Notes: a model not told the origin generated them from the sequence alone. A DNA stretch of 64,000 nucleotides from an uncultured bacterium (GCA_963720265.1 CAVRET010000001.1:5916-69915); one strand, 5' to 3'; positions 17,604 to 27,244 are shown, counted from the first letter of the stretch. A program made the numbers and translations.

Positions 17604-20600
17604 GTGGGCTGGAAGCTGAGACGGACAATGGTTATGGTAGACACAGTGAAAGTGGTGATGGTTAAAGTTTGGGCGGCGATGCGGTCGTGGCTGGTCAGTT
17701 TGCGCCCACGCGATGTAAGGCGCTGGTGTCAGTATCTAGTGCGGCATCTTAGCCGTGTGGATATTCGAAAACCGGTTCATGCCGTCGTAATTGGTGCGAT
17801 TATCGCCATGATCGCTGCGCCGGTCTTGAATGTGTGGGCTACGGATGCGCGTTATGACCTCACTGCTGACCAGCTGAGTGTGATGGAAAAGCCCGCGCCG
17901 GATCTTGAAAGCAAGCTCAAATACTACAGCGCGAAGCAGGCCATCATATTTAATGAGTCGGGGGCTGGTGCGACCGATCCGGAGAGCGGCGGCACATTGG
18001 CGGCCGAGGCTGGCGGCGGCAAAGACCAGCTCTACACTGCGACCATGCCGGATGATCCAAGCCAGGGCATTACGGTCCAGGATAACGTTAATCAGGTGTC
18101 GGTGTCCTTTACCCCAGAGCTTAGTTTGATGAATGGACGGGCCGTAGATAACCATGTGGTTTACCCTTTGCAGAACCAAAGTGGAGTGTTGAGTTTCACG
18201 CCCAAGGGCAATGGAGTAAAGGAAGACATTGTGCTTGATTCAGCGCCGGGAACGGATACAGCGGACTTCCAATATAAATTGAGCATGCCGGATTATGTGC
18301 AGCCGCGTCTCAATGATGACGGTAGCGTTGGATTTTACACAGCCGACCCTGAGTTTTTTGGCGATATCAGCTACGGGGACCAGAAAGACGAAGACGCAGT
18401 CAATAAGGCCCGGATGAACGACCCCAAGAATTACCTGATGTTTGAGATTCCAGCACCGTATGTCAAGGATGCGGCCGGAGTGGAGGCGACACAGGCACGA
18501 TTTAGTCTCTCGGGTGACCAGTTGACCGTGCACGTAACTGGCTTGGATCACGCTGCGTATCCGCTGTCGATCGACCCGACGTTTGTGCTCTCAAGTACGT
18601 CTGACTTCGTTACAGGCAGTATAGACGATAACATTGACCTCTCGGTCGCCAATCAGATTGGCCGGTCGCCGCTGTCCGGTGGGTCGATCCCGACTTTTAC
18701 GGCTTCAAGTTTCGATACAACGAGCGACGTTTTTGCAGGGGCGCTGGTTGCCTATAACGGCTACTTGTACCTGATCGGCGGCGTGGCTGGCGCCGCTGGT
18801 TCGACAACGGACAACCAAGTTGAGTATAACCCTATAAACTTAAGCACCGGAGCAACTACCGGCTGGACCTTGGATTCGACTACGCTTAAGACCGGCCGAC
18901 AGGGGTTGGTGGCATTTGGCTTTAACGGCTATTTATATGCCGTGGGCGGAGAGGTTGCTACTACGGGCGTGCCAATAACCACAGCTGATTCGGTTGAATA
19001 TGCACCTATTAACAGCAACGGGACGGTTGGTACATGGAATTACACGACTGGGCACTTGAATACTGCCCGCAGTTACCCGGCTGGGGCGAGCTACCAAGGA
19101 TTTCTGTATGTTATGGGTGGTTCCAGCGGTACGCTTGATGCGACCCAATTGAATACGTATGAATATGCTCAAATTGAGGGTGATGGAGATATTGCCTCGT
19201 GGACCCAAACCGGCAATACGACGTTTACAACGGCACGGAACCGGTTTGAGGGAGCGGCATACAATGGATATGTTTATATAGCCGGCGGGCTGAGTGGCGT
19301 GGGAGGCACTCCGATTGTTAACGACGACGTACAATATGCGCCCATAACCAGTACCGGGGCACTCGGAAATTGGTCCACGACAACGTCGTTTCCCACGGCC
19401 AGACGTAACTTTGGTTTGGCTGTGAACAATGGCTATATGTATGTGTATGCCGGCTGCAACCAGGCCGCCTTGGGTTGTACTGGCGCCAATATTTTGGCTG
19501 ATACTGAATACGCGGTTATTAATGCCGACGGGAGTATTGGTCAGTGGCAGGAAACCCTTAATTATAATGGTGCTGACTCCACTCGTGAGCCGGGTGGCTC
19601 GACATTCTACAGCAACCACTTGTACTTTGTGGCTGGATGTAACTCTGAGTCGGGTACGGCTAACGAGTGCGCTACGCCGCTGGAGTTGACTTTCTATTCT
19701 ACTCTTGACAGTCCAGGACGGTATGACCGGGGGATATCGAATATTGAGACCACTGCGCCCTATTCTAATAACGGTATGACAGAGGCAAAAGATGGCGGGT
19801 CGAGCGTGGCGTTGAATGGATATCTGTACTATCTTGGTGGGTGCAGTATCCAGAACTGTGCCGGCTATGACAATACGGTTGAGTACGCGACGCTGAATGC
19901 GAATGGGACACTTGGAACATTTTCCGCTACCACGAGCTTGCCGAGTGCGGGTTCCGGCCTGGGAGGTGGCCGGATGGGCGCGAGCGTGGTGGCGTACAAC
20001 AATAAGTTGTACGTGATTGGAGGTGTAGCAAACGGTATTTTCCCGCAGGTGCTGGCAGTGCAGCCGACAGTGGTTGGCACGACTTCGACCACGCACAATA
20101 TCGCAATGCCAACCGGCACGGTGACCTCAGGGGATTTGTTGCTGGCAATTATTACCATGACCGGCGGTACTGGTACGACGATTACAACACCTTCAGGATG
20201 GACGCCGATCACAAGCGCGACTAATGGGACCACGACGCTTATTTCAGTGTATGCGAAGAGTGCAGCCGGGACCGAGAGTGGAACGACTGTGAACTTTGGT
20301 ACTGGGTCGAATGCCGTGGCGGCGGCCCAGGTGTACCAAATCCAGAACGGCACCTGGAATGGTGGTACGCTGACATCGGTGATCGCCACAGGGACAGCGG
20401 CGGCCAGCGCTACTACCGCTCCCAATCCACCGTCGGTGACGCCGGGCTGGGGAGCGGCGAACGATTTGTGGATCGCGGCGGCCGGGGGCAACACCTGGAC
20501 GGCAGCGTCAGCCTATCCAGCCGGGTTTAACAGTGAGCCCGATACATTTACTGGCAGCGGTACGACGGGTGCGGATGTTGTGTCGTCGATTACGGATCTT

Positions 20601-22913
20601 AACGCCACATCCGAAGACCCGGCTGCGTTCACGACGAGTCCCAGCTCAACTGGCGAGGCGCTGACGGTGGCAATTGAGCCGCCGGCCGGGGGAGGCTCAC
20701 AAACATATTTGTCGAGCATCGTGTCATCGACGCAAAATTCGAATGGAACGCTTGGGTCGTGGAGCACTGAAGCGAACGCGCTGCCAGCGGTGCGAGCGTT
20801 TACGACTGCCGAGGTGTGGCATAACTGGATTTTTGTGATGGGCGGGATTGCGAGCGGCACGACGGCTCCGGTCGCGACGATTTACCATTCGCAGATTACG
20901 AGTAACGATCCAGGTACTTGGTCGGCGACAACGGATGGGTTGACGGAAGCCCGGTTCGCGGCTTCAGGAGGGATATGGGGGAACTGGCTCTATGTTATAG
21001 GCGGCCAGAGTGTGGCGTTGTCGACTGGCACGTATGTACCAGCGGCGGACGGCATAGAGCAGTTGACTATCACGAATGCCGGCAACATTACTTCAGCGTC
21101 GTCGGTGCAGGATCCTACGGGTCAGTTTTTGACCAGGTTGGACGGCGGGTTTGTGCATAACGGTGTGATTTATACGTTTGGGGGTGAGACGAGCGGATCA
21201 ACTAACGCGGTGGCGACGATTAACTACGCCAATTTGAACTCATCAACCGGTGCGGTGGGGGCATGGACCAATACGAACATTGGGAATATTAGCGGCTCTA
21301 CAGCCGGCTTGGCAACGGCCCGCAACCTGACGACGGCAGTGGACGACGGCGGGAATTTCTATGTGCTCGGAGGCTGTACTTCAACTGTGGCGGCTACCAG
21401 CTTCACAGCCTGTACGGGATTCGTGACGACGGCTAACTCGGTTGAGCTGAATTTGGTGAACAACGGTGGTGATGGGCAGACGAATTCGTTTAATATAGCA
21501 ACGGCGCTGCCAACGGCGACGTCGGATCATGCGGTGGTGGCATACAACGGCTATTTGTATCAGATTGGCGGCTGTACCGCGTATACTTCGGGGGCGTGCT
21601 CGACGTTTTCGTCGACGATTGAGGGAGTGCCGATTAATGCGGATGGGTCATTGGGCACATGGACTACCACTGGCATGACAGCGTTGCCGACGGCAACATC
21701 CTTGGAGCAAGCCGCGGCCTATAACGGGAATATGTACGTGCTCGGTGGGTCTCAGAGCGGATCGACCTCAACGACCACGGTCTGGATTGCGCCGATTTCG
21801 AGCACCGGCACGATTGGAACATGGCTTACGAGTTCGAGCGGGGTGCCTCAATTGACGACGGCGGTGAGTAATTTTGGCGCTGCCATCGCGAATGGGTATT
21901 TGTACGTGGCGGGAGGTAACGATGCGGGCACGTTGCAAACGGGAGTTTACTCTTCGCAGATCAACACGACAACTGGGTCGCTGGGATCGTGGACTTCGAC
22001 GACGGCGCTACCGACGGCCGAAGCCGGCTTTACGCTCATCTCGTACAACGGCTATTTGTACGTGATTGGCGGTTGCTCGGGCTATACCTCGAACGCATGT
22101 ACGAGCGGTGATACGCTGCCGTATATTTCGTATGGATCGACTAACACGAGTGGCGCAGTGGCATCGTGGAATTACACTACAGATGTGCCACAAAGTATGG
22201 TGTCACGTCAGGTAGTGGCTGCCGATGGGTACATGTACTTCATCGGTAATGAGAATGATGGCACCGAGATTAACTATGTGGACGTGAACGCGAATGGTAC
22301 CTTGGGAACGACTATGGATTCGCAGCCAGCGACGGCGGGCGGTCATGCCCATGGGGCAGCGGCTTGGTTTGACGGCTTCTTGTACGTGACGGGCGGGTGC
22401 ACGCTGACCAGCGGGGTGTGTACAACTGCGGGTATTACGACGAGCGACGAGTACGCTGGGCAGGCGGCGATCTCGCGCGTGGGGCACTATTCAAAGTTGT
22501 TTAACACGCAAGTAAATACTTCGCCGAGCCAGCTCGTTCTCAATGGTGCGCTCTCCGGTCCGGGCAGCTCGGTCGCGGTTTTGTTCCGCACTGAGGCTAC
22601 GGGCGCAACACAGTTTGGTGTGCCACAGGTAATTAACCCCGTGATTTTTGGCAACTTCTACAATGTTAAGGCGTTGGATTCGAGCGGGAATAACGTGGGT
22701 ATCGCGTTTAATTATTTGATCATTATTACGCTAGACGACAGTAACTCAGGTACGTTCCCTGATATCACGAGTTCGACTGAGACGAACGTGCAAGATATTA
22801 CCTTGTACTACCATGCCAATCCAGGTCGGCGGCTTCGGCACGGGGCATCGTTTACGAATACTGGGTGTAACGCTACGCCTGCGAACGGCTGCATTCTAGA
22901 TACTGCGCCATAA
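17604..22913 (+). CDS. Giant Kelch-repeat (beta-propeller) surface protein
   Basis: 1769-aa ORF with an N-terminal TM segment (VHAVVIGAIIAMIAAPVLNVWA). About 18 recurrences of the Kelch-type motif (AYNGYLYLIGG, GFNGYLYAVGG, SYQGFLYVMGG, AYNGYVYIAGG, ALNGYLYYLGG, AYNNKLYVIGG, SYNGYLYVIGG …), each followed by Y/W-containing blade segments. The real start is probably downstream of the GTG at 17604. Confidence 0.7.
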   Translation: MGWKLRRTMVMVDTVKVVMVKVWAAMRSWLVSLRPRDVRRWCQYLVRHLSRVDIRKPVHAVVIGAIIAMIAAPVLNVWATDARYDLTADQLSVMEKPAPDLESKLKYYSAKQAIIFNESGAGATDPESGGTLAAEAGGGKDQLYTATMPDDPSQGITVQDNVNQVSVSFTPELSLMNGRAVDNHVVYPLQNQSGVLSFTPKGNGVKEDIVLDSAPGTDTADFQYKLSMPDYVQPRLNDDGSVGFYTADPEFFGDISYGDQKDEDAVNKARMNDPKNYLMFEIPAPYVKDAAGVEATQARFSLSGDQLTVHVTGLDHAAYPLSIDPTFVLSSTSDFVTGSIDDNIDLSVANQIGRSPLSGGSIPTFTASSFDTTSDVFAGALVAYNGYLYLIGGVAGAAGSTTDNQVEYNPINLSTGATTGWTLDSTTLKTGRQGLVAFGFNGYLYAVGGEVATTGVPITTADSVEYAPINSNGTVGTWNYTTGHLNTARSYPAGASYQGFLYVMGGSSGTLDATQLNTYEYAQIEGDGDIASWTQTGNTTFTTARNRFEGAAYNGYVYIAGGLSGVGGTPIVNDDVQYAPITSTGALGNWSTTTSFPTARRNFGLAVNNGYMYVYAGCNQAALGCTGANILADTEYAVINADGSIGQWQETLNYNGADSTREPGGSTFYSNHLYFVAGCNSESGTANECATPLELTFYSTLDSPGRYDRGISNIETTAPYSNNGMTEAKDGGSSVALNGYLYYLGGCSIQNCAGYDNTVEYATLNANGTLGTFSATTSLPSAGSGLGGGRMGASVVAYNNKLYVIGGVANGIFPQVLAVQPTVVGTTSTTHNIAMPTGTVTSGDLLLAIITMTGGTGTTITTPSGWTPITSATNGTTTLISVYAKSAAGTESGTTVNFGTGSNAVAAAQVYQIQNGTWNGGTLTSVIATGTAAASATTAPNPPSVTPGWGAANDLWIAAAGGNTWTAASAYPAGFNSEPDTFTGSGTTGADVVSSITDLNATSEDPAAFTTSPSSTGEALTVAIEPPAGGGSQTYLSSIVSSTQNSNGTLGSWSTEANALPAVRAFTTAEVWHNWIFVMGGIASGTTAPVATIYHSQITSNDPGTWSATTDGLTEARFAASGGIWGNWLYVIGGQSVALSTGTYVPAADGIEQLTITNAGNITSASSVQDPTGQFLTRLDGGFVHNGVIYTFGGETSGSTNAVATINYANLNSSTGAVGAWTNTNIGNISGSTAGLATARNLTTAVDDGGNFYVLGGCTSTVAATSFTACTGFVTTANSVELNLVNNGGDGQTNSFNIATALPTATSDHAVVAYNGYLYQIGGCTAYTSGACSTFSSTIEGVPINADGSLGTWTTTGMTALPTATSLEQAAAYNGNMYVLGGSQSGSTSTTTVWIAPISSTGTIGTWLTSSSGVPQLTTAVSNFGAAIANGYLYVAGGNDAGTLQTGVYSSQINTTTGSLGSWTSTTALPTAEAGFTLISYNGYLYVIGGCSGYTSNACTSGDTLPYISYGSTNTSGAVASWNYTTDVPQSMVSRQVVAADGYMYFIGNENDGTEINYVDVNANGTLGTTMDSQPATAGGHAHGAAAWFDGFLYVTGGCTLTSGVCTTAGITTSDEYAGQAAISRVGHYSKLFNTQVNTSPSQLVLNGALSGPGSSVAVLFRTEATGATQFGVPQVINPVIFGNFYNVKALDSSGNNVGIAFNYLIIITLDDSNSGTFPDITSSTETNVQDITLYYHANPGRRLRHGASFTNTGCNATPANGCILDTAP

Positions 22914-22927
22914 GCCTTTTGCTGGCC

Positions 22928-22936
22928 TGGTATACT
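22928..22936 (+). promoter_or_regulatory. Extended -10 promoter (TGgTATACT) 8 nt upstream of the 22944 ATG (near-leaderless transcript)
   Basis: A TGG followed by TATACT was read directly immediately upstream of ATG 22944. No good -35 hexamer is present, as is typical of extended -10 promoters. Confidence 0.35.
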
Positions 22937-22943
22937 AAGCGCA

Positions 22944-23135
22944 ATGGACGAAGAAATTAAGCAACAGTTTGATGGGTTGGGGGATCAGATCCGCAAGGGC
23001 TTCGCGGCCAATAATCGGCAGTTTAGTGCGCTCAAATCGCGGATTGCCAAGATGGAGCTGGAGCTGGCTTCGCTCAAACGTATGGAGAACCGGCGCTCGG
23101 AAGAGATTATGGAGCTCAAGACCAAGCGGGCTTAA
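22944..23135 (+). CDS. Small coiled-coil protein (63 aa), hypothetical
   Basis: ORF MDEEIKQQFDGLGDQIRKGFAANNRQFSALKSRIAKMELELASLKRMENRRSEEIMELKTKRA. The heptad-like charged/hydrophobic pattern looks like a real protein. Lies in the mobile-element-like patch. Confidence 0.35.
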   Translation: MDEEIKQQFDGLGDQIRKGFAANNRQFSALKSRIAKMELELASLKRMENRRSEEIMELKTKRA

Positions 23136-23150
23136 CCGATCGATCATTGA

Positions 23151-24050
23151 CTACGAGTCTGGCGCTTTTGCGATTAAGTGCAAGCCGCGGGGTTTAACGG
23201 GCTCGTCAGGGTTGTCGGCGAATTCTTCGACTATGCGCCAGATGCGTCCCTTGGCGTCATCTCCGGCAAGAAGTTCCGGCAGTGTGGTAGTAGCAAAGAT
23301 TAGTTCATCGTCAAAGGAGTCTTCAAGCTCCCGGGCAAGGCGTTTGCGGAGGCGTTTTTCGACGCTTGGGTGGGCTGCCGCCATCAGGATGGCGGGTAGC
23401 TCGGTGTTTGTTCCGGCCCAGTCGCCGCTGTCGGCATAACCAACGTAATTTTTCGTGCGACGCACGAGCACAAAATACGGCTCGGTGTCTTCAAAAATAT
23501 TCAGGAAGAACTGACGTTCGCCTCGGCTGGTCTGAAGTCGGATATAAGCATCGGGCAGAGGGTGGGGAAAATAGTCGAATTTGTCGTAACCCAGGTCGCT
23601 TTTGGTGAAGAACGATAATTTGTCGCCGTAGAGTTTTTTGAGATTGGTGTAGGCGGTGACCAGGTTGGAACAGTGGATCATAAAGGGTTCTGAACGACCC
23701 TTATCTTTGTAAATGGTTTTGAGGCTAATGGGATCGTCATTGAAGCGGGTGCCGGATGCGGTGAGCGTCCTGGCTCCGGTCGGAGTGAGGTAGTAGGCGG
23801 CCGGCCGGCCGTGGAGCTTGTAGCTTGAGTCATAGCGCTTAGCGATGAGTCCTTGGTCTTCTAGGATACGCAGTCGCTTCTGAACATCTTTGTGACTGTT
23901 CTTGCCAATAAGTGTTGCGACGTGCCGGCTGCTTGCGAATCTGAATTTTCGTAAGGTTTCTAATACGGCCAGCTGTTCGTGGTTTAAGGTTTTTCGGTAT
24001 TTAGGTTGAGATATATCAGCTGGTGGTTGGATGGTTGTGTAGGTTATTGG
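23151..24050 (-). CDS. Replication-relaxation family-like winged-helix protein (plasmid/ICE-type); the open frame has no canonical start codon and may be a pseudogene
   Basis: The listed ORF 23151..23681 continues open in-frame for ~120 more codons upstream to a TGA at about 24051-24053 with no ATG/GTG/TTG. That upstream part reads …LNHEQLAVLETLRKFRFASSRHVATLIGKNSHKDVQKRLRILEDQGLIAKRYDSSYKLHGRPAAYYLTPTGARTL… This matches the Replic_Relax (PF13814) N-terminal wHTH pattern (LT.RDLAILRAL.ELRVLT..QLARLF…RRLRRL.ELGLV.R…P.VY.LT..GARLL) as recalled from memory. Confidence 0.45.
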   Translation of the reverse strand, partial: PITYTTIQPPADISQPKYRKTLNHEQLAVLETLRKFRFASSRHVATLIGKNSHKDVQKRLRILEDQGLIAKRYDSSYKLHGRPAAYYLTPTGARTLTASGTRFNDDPISLKTIYKDKGRSEPFMIHCSNLVTAYTNLKKLYGDKLSFFTKSDLGYDKFDYFPHPLPDAYIRLQTSRGERQFFLNIFEDTEPYFVLVRRTKNYVGYADSGDWAGTNTELPAILMAAAHPSVEKRLRKRLARELEDSFDDELIFATTTLPELLAGDDAKGRIWRIVEEFADNPDEPVKPRGLHLIAKAPDS

Positions 24051-24206
24051 TCATAGGTGATTTGCGGACTTGGTTGGCTAGTACCAAATGCCAACCCCAC
24101 CTACTCCTATGTAAAGAGGATAGGAGAAACGACGATTATGAGAGAATATCAGATGCAGCCGGATAAAGAAAGTTGGGTATCGGCGGAGTATGTTGGAGGC
24201 GCAGAT

Positions 24207-25163
24207 TTATTGCGTTACAAGGTAGTCGAAGCTGAGCACCTGACCGGATGCAGGTACCGGTAAGTTTGCGTGGAGTACGAATGAGCCTGCACTTGGTGAC
24301 ACATACGCCTGAGCGCTGGCGGCGGCCGAGGTGAGGGGGGTGAGCTGCACATGGACGATACCCCCGAAGGCGGCCTTAAAGGTGACGGTAGCAAGCGTGC
24401 CGCCCGGGCTGGTGCCGGTGTTGACGTTGATTTGGCCCGAGGTGTCGTTGCCGGAAATTGAGACGGTGCCACCTGAGCCATCTTGGCCGCCGGCGATTCC
24501 TGGCGTTGGGCCTTGGGTGACGAGATGGCCGACGGTGAGCGGCCCGCTAATTGAAATATTATGCACTGTAATGGTGTTTGCGGTGAGGTTAGCAAAATTG
24601 GTGGCGCCGGAAACCGTGAGACCGCCGAAGGTGGCGAGGCCGGTGACGGTGAGGGCGTTTTGGAATGTGGTAGCACCGGACACGTTTAGGGTCGACGTAG
24701 CCAGGCCGCCGGTGACGTTAAGCTGGTTTAAAGTAGAGTTGCCGGTGGCGTCAAGTTTGCCGCCGACGGTGAAGTTGCCGACCACATCGGCTTGGCCGCG
24801 GAACAGCGCGTCGGCCGAAACATCGAGTACCTCGTTGCTGGTGCCGAGGTTGGTGCCGATTTGGCCGAGCTTTTGCAGATCGGATGGCGATAGGGTCTGA
24901 ACTGTCGGGCCCTGAGCGGAGGTTGGCACTGGTTTGCGGCTTTGCTCAATAAAATAGCCAGTGACGGCACCAACAGCCAGGAGAAAAATAAACAGCGTGC
25001 CAATGCTGGCAACAAGGCTGGCGCGCCGGCTGAGATCATTCCATCGGTTATCGGAGTGGAAGCCGGGGATTTGAAACGACTTCTTCGGTCGTTTTGGCGG
25101 TGGCGCCGCGACGGGAGTTTTTACCAGCAACGGATTGGGATTGTCGTTTTCGTCGGGCGGCAT
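24207..25163 (-). CDS. N-terminally membrane-anchored protein with beta-helix-like LxVxG repeats, hypothetical
   Basis: Pro-rich N-terminus and a TM helix (LVASIGTLFIFLLAVGAVTGYFI). Repeats follow: GNFTVGGKLDATGNSTLNQLNVTGGLATSTLNVSGATTFQNALTVTGLATFGGLTVSGATNF…. Confidence 0.5.
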   Translation of the reverse strand: MPPDENDNPNPLLVKTPVAAPPPKRPKKSFQIPGFHSDNRWNDLSRRASLVASIGTLFIFLLAVGAVTGYFIEQSRKPVPTSAQGPTVQTLSPSDLQKLGQIGTNLGTSNEVLDVSADALFRGQADVVGNFTVGGKLDATGNSTLNQLNVTGGLATSTLNVSGATTFQNALTVTGLATFGGLTVSGATNFANLTANTITVHNISISGPLTVGHLVTQGPTPGIAGGQDGSGGTVSISGNDTSGQINVNTGTSPGGTLATVTFKAAFGGIVHVQLTPLTSAAASAQAYVSPSAGSFVLHANLPVPASGQVLSFDYLVTQ

Positions 25164-25254
25164 GCGCGCTCACAATGGTTATGCTTACGAGAATTTTACC
25201 ACAAAGCGTAAGGGGATTTGCACGGCGGCGTTGTTTGCGTCAAGATGGAGAGTG

Positions 25255-26091
25255 ATGAGAGGGTGGGGACGACAGTTTGCATGCGTGTTTTTGGCATCGC
25301 TCGTAGTGTCGGGCGTGGCTTTGGCGACCTCAGACCCGACCATGACGAGCACAAGCTGGAGCGCGGTCGAGACCGAGTTGGGCGGGAACGGCTGCAACAA
25401 CTCTGCCTCAGGTTGCGGAGTTTCGACCGACTATTCGTTGAAACCGAGCACTGATGACGGCGGCGCAAGCGCGGGCGAAGCGGCGGTAGGGAATTCGAGT
25501 TCTACGGACTACCAGACCAACGCCGGCTTTAACACGACGGCCCAGCCGGGGTTGGCGATGACGGTCAATTCGTCATCGATGAACCTCGGTGTGCTTTCTA
25601 CCGCAACAACGAGCTCAACAACCGCGACCTTTACGGTTTCGGATTATACGTCGTACGGCTACATTGTGCAGATATACGGCAATCCTCCCACGTATGGAGG
25701 CCATACCTTAACCGCGATGGGTAACAACACCTCACCCGCAACGGCCGGGACAGCAGAGCAATTTGGTATTAATCTGCGAGCGAACAACAGCCCAAGCGTT
25801 TCGGGATCGGCGGACCCGCTTGAGGTGCCAGACAATGAGCCGTTTGGATCGTCCAAGTTTAGTTATGGTCAGGCGGGGAATTACGCCCAGGGGGGTACAA
25901 CGTATGGTACGAACCGGACATACACGGTACCTAATGAGTACACCTATAGTTCAGGCGATACGATTGCTTCGTCATCGCAGACTACCGGGCCGACGCTGTT
26001 TACTATAAGTTTCCTGGCGAACATCAAAAACAATACTCCGGCCGGTGTTTATACCGGCAGTTTGAGCTTAATCGCGACCGGAACGTATTAA
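25255..26091 (+). CDS. Secreted WxL-like surface protein, first paralog of locus B (C-terminal …YTGSLSLIATGTY)
   Basis: ORF 25135..26091; the likely start is the ATG at 25255 (MRGWGRQFACVFLASLVVSGVALA signal peptide). Shares EQFGINLRANNSPSVSGSADP with the locus B paralogs (FGINLRANTSPS) and SSSTDY with 127..1164. Confidence 0.6.
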   Translation: MRGWGRQFACVFLASLVVSGVALATSDPTMTSTSWSAVETELGGNGCNNSASGCGVSTDYSLKPSTDDGGASAGEAAVGNSSSTDYQTNAGFNTTAQPGLAMTVNSSSMNLGVLSTATTSSTTATFTVSDYTSYGYIVQIYGNPPTYGGHTLTAMGNNTSPATAGTAEQFGINLRANNSPSVSGSADPLEVPDNEPFGSSKFSYGQAGNYAQGGTTYGTNRTYTVPNEYTYSSGDTIASSSQTTGPTLFTISFLANIKNNTPAGVYTGSLSLIATGTY

Positions 26092-26348
26092 CTCGCGTTT
26101 AGGTAACTGAGGCTAGGTCAATTTTGCTGATGTATTAGTGTTGTTTGAATTTGATATTTTGCTGAGATTTTGATTGCAACGATACTGAGGGCGACATAGT
26201 ATAAGCATAAGAATTATGAGGAGAGGGTATGAGAGTGAGTGTGAATATCTTTAAGCCAGGATTGATACCGATCGTAGCTGTTATTTTACTTCTTGGCCCT
26301 TGGTCGTCAGAGGTGGCAATGGCCACTGTTCCCGGCACAAATGACCTT

Positions 26349-27244
26349 GAACCCATTTCAAATCTCCACCCTCCTCAGACAGATAAGCAGGCAGGCCAAG
26401 TCAACAACAGCCTGAAACATGCACTTCTTTCGTTCCCAGCGGTAACGTAGTTTGCGAAAGTACTTCAGCCATGCATTGGTGCGTTCGACAACAGCCCGAA
26501 ACTTAGCTTTGACTTTGTCGTAGTTGGGCTTGCGTCCCAGTTTACGCCGGTGCTTGTACTTACGTTCAGGAATATTCGTTTTAATGCCGCGTCCGCGTAA
26601 GTTTCGGCGAAAAGCCGCGCTGTCGTAGCCTTTGTCCGCGTTAAGCTCGACAACCCGTCGCTTCGCTCCAACCCGAATCTTGCGGATGGTAGCTTCGGCA
26701 CTCACGAGGTCGTGCCGGTTACCTTTGGCAAGGACATTAGCAAGTGGCAGTCCCTGCTTGTCGGTCACCAAGGACATATTCGTGCCAGTTCGGTGGTGTT
26801 TGTTGGAGAAGCCAGTCCCCTCATATTTGGGTGACTGAATGAGTGAACCATCCAAGTGGCCGAGGCTCAGGTCGAGTTTGCCTTGCCGGTCAAGCAGAAG
26901 TAGGATTTGCTGCCAAACCAGTTTGAGCGCACCCCGGCTGCGCTAGTAACCCAGCCTCCGCCAGCATGATGCGTATCCATGGCCGCAAATGGAGGGTGGG
27001 ATATCTTGCCACCGGCAGCCAGTTTTGAGCACAAACAGAACTCCGTTGAGAAGCTCATTATTAGGTGTGACTGGTTTAGTCTTGCTGGCTGGCGGCTGGG
27101 GGAGCTGAGCTGCCAACCAGTCATATTGTGGCTGGCTTAAAAAGAACGTAGCATTATTCACTGGGTAGTACCCTTGTTTGTTTTGGTTTACAAACGGATG
27201 CTACCCAATCTGTATTATTGGCTCAAGAGATTTGAAATGGGTTC
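26349..27244 (-). mobile_element. IS5-family insertion sequence (896 bp) with perfect 18-bp terminal inverted repeats
   Basis: Left end GAACCCATTTCAAATCTC (about 26349-26366) and right end GAGATTTGAAATGGGTTC (about 27227-27244) are exact reverse complements. The element encodes an IS5/DDE_Tnp_1 transposase (N-terminal ELLNGVLFVLKTGCRWQDIP hallmark). The transposase stop codon lies inside the left IR. Confidence 0.7.
26358..27161 (-). pseudogene. IS5-family transposase interrupted by one in-frame TAG
   Basis: The N-terminal ORF 26943..27161 (…CGHGYASCWRRLGY*) and the C-terminal ORF 26358..26855 are in the same frame. They are separated by only the TAG plus 29 sense codons (RSRGALKLVWQQILLLLDRQGKLDLSLGH), so the read-through product would be a continuous ~267-aa DDE transposase. 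Confidence 0.6.

Noticed and set aside
18933-20096. 387-aa minus-strand ORF inside the Kelch giant gene. Similar long antisense ORFs lie inside the other giant genes (8441..9445, 12659..13150, 13649..14248, 15098..15841).
   Set aside because: They are antisense to GC-rich, Thr/Gly-rich coding sequence. Their products are Arg/Pro/Ala-rich with no motifs, and the plus-strand genes have clear protein features.
24138-24263. 41-aa ORF with a good RBS (AGGAGA), MREYQMQPDKESW…
   Set aside because: It overlaps the 3' end of the minus-strand gene 24207..25163 and has no supporting features. It could still be a small protein.
26349-27244. Target-site duplication flanking the IS
   Set aside because: The flanks (…atgacctt | tatgacac…) share no immediately adjacent 2-4 bp direct repeat. 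None is reported.
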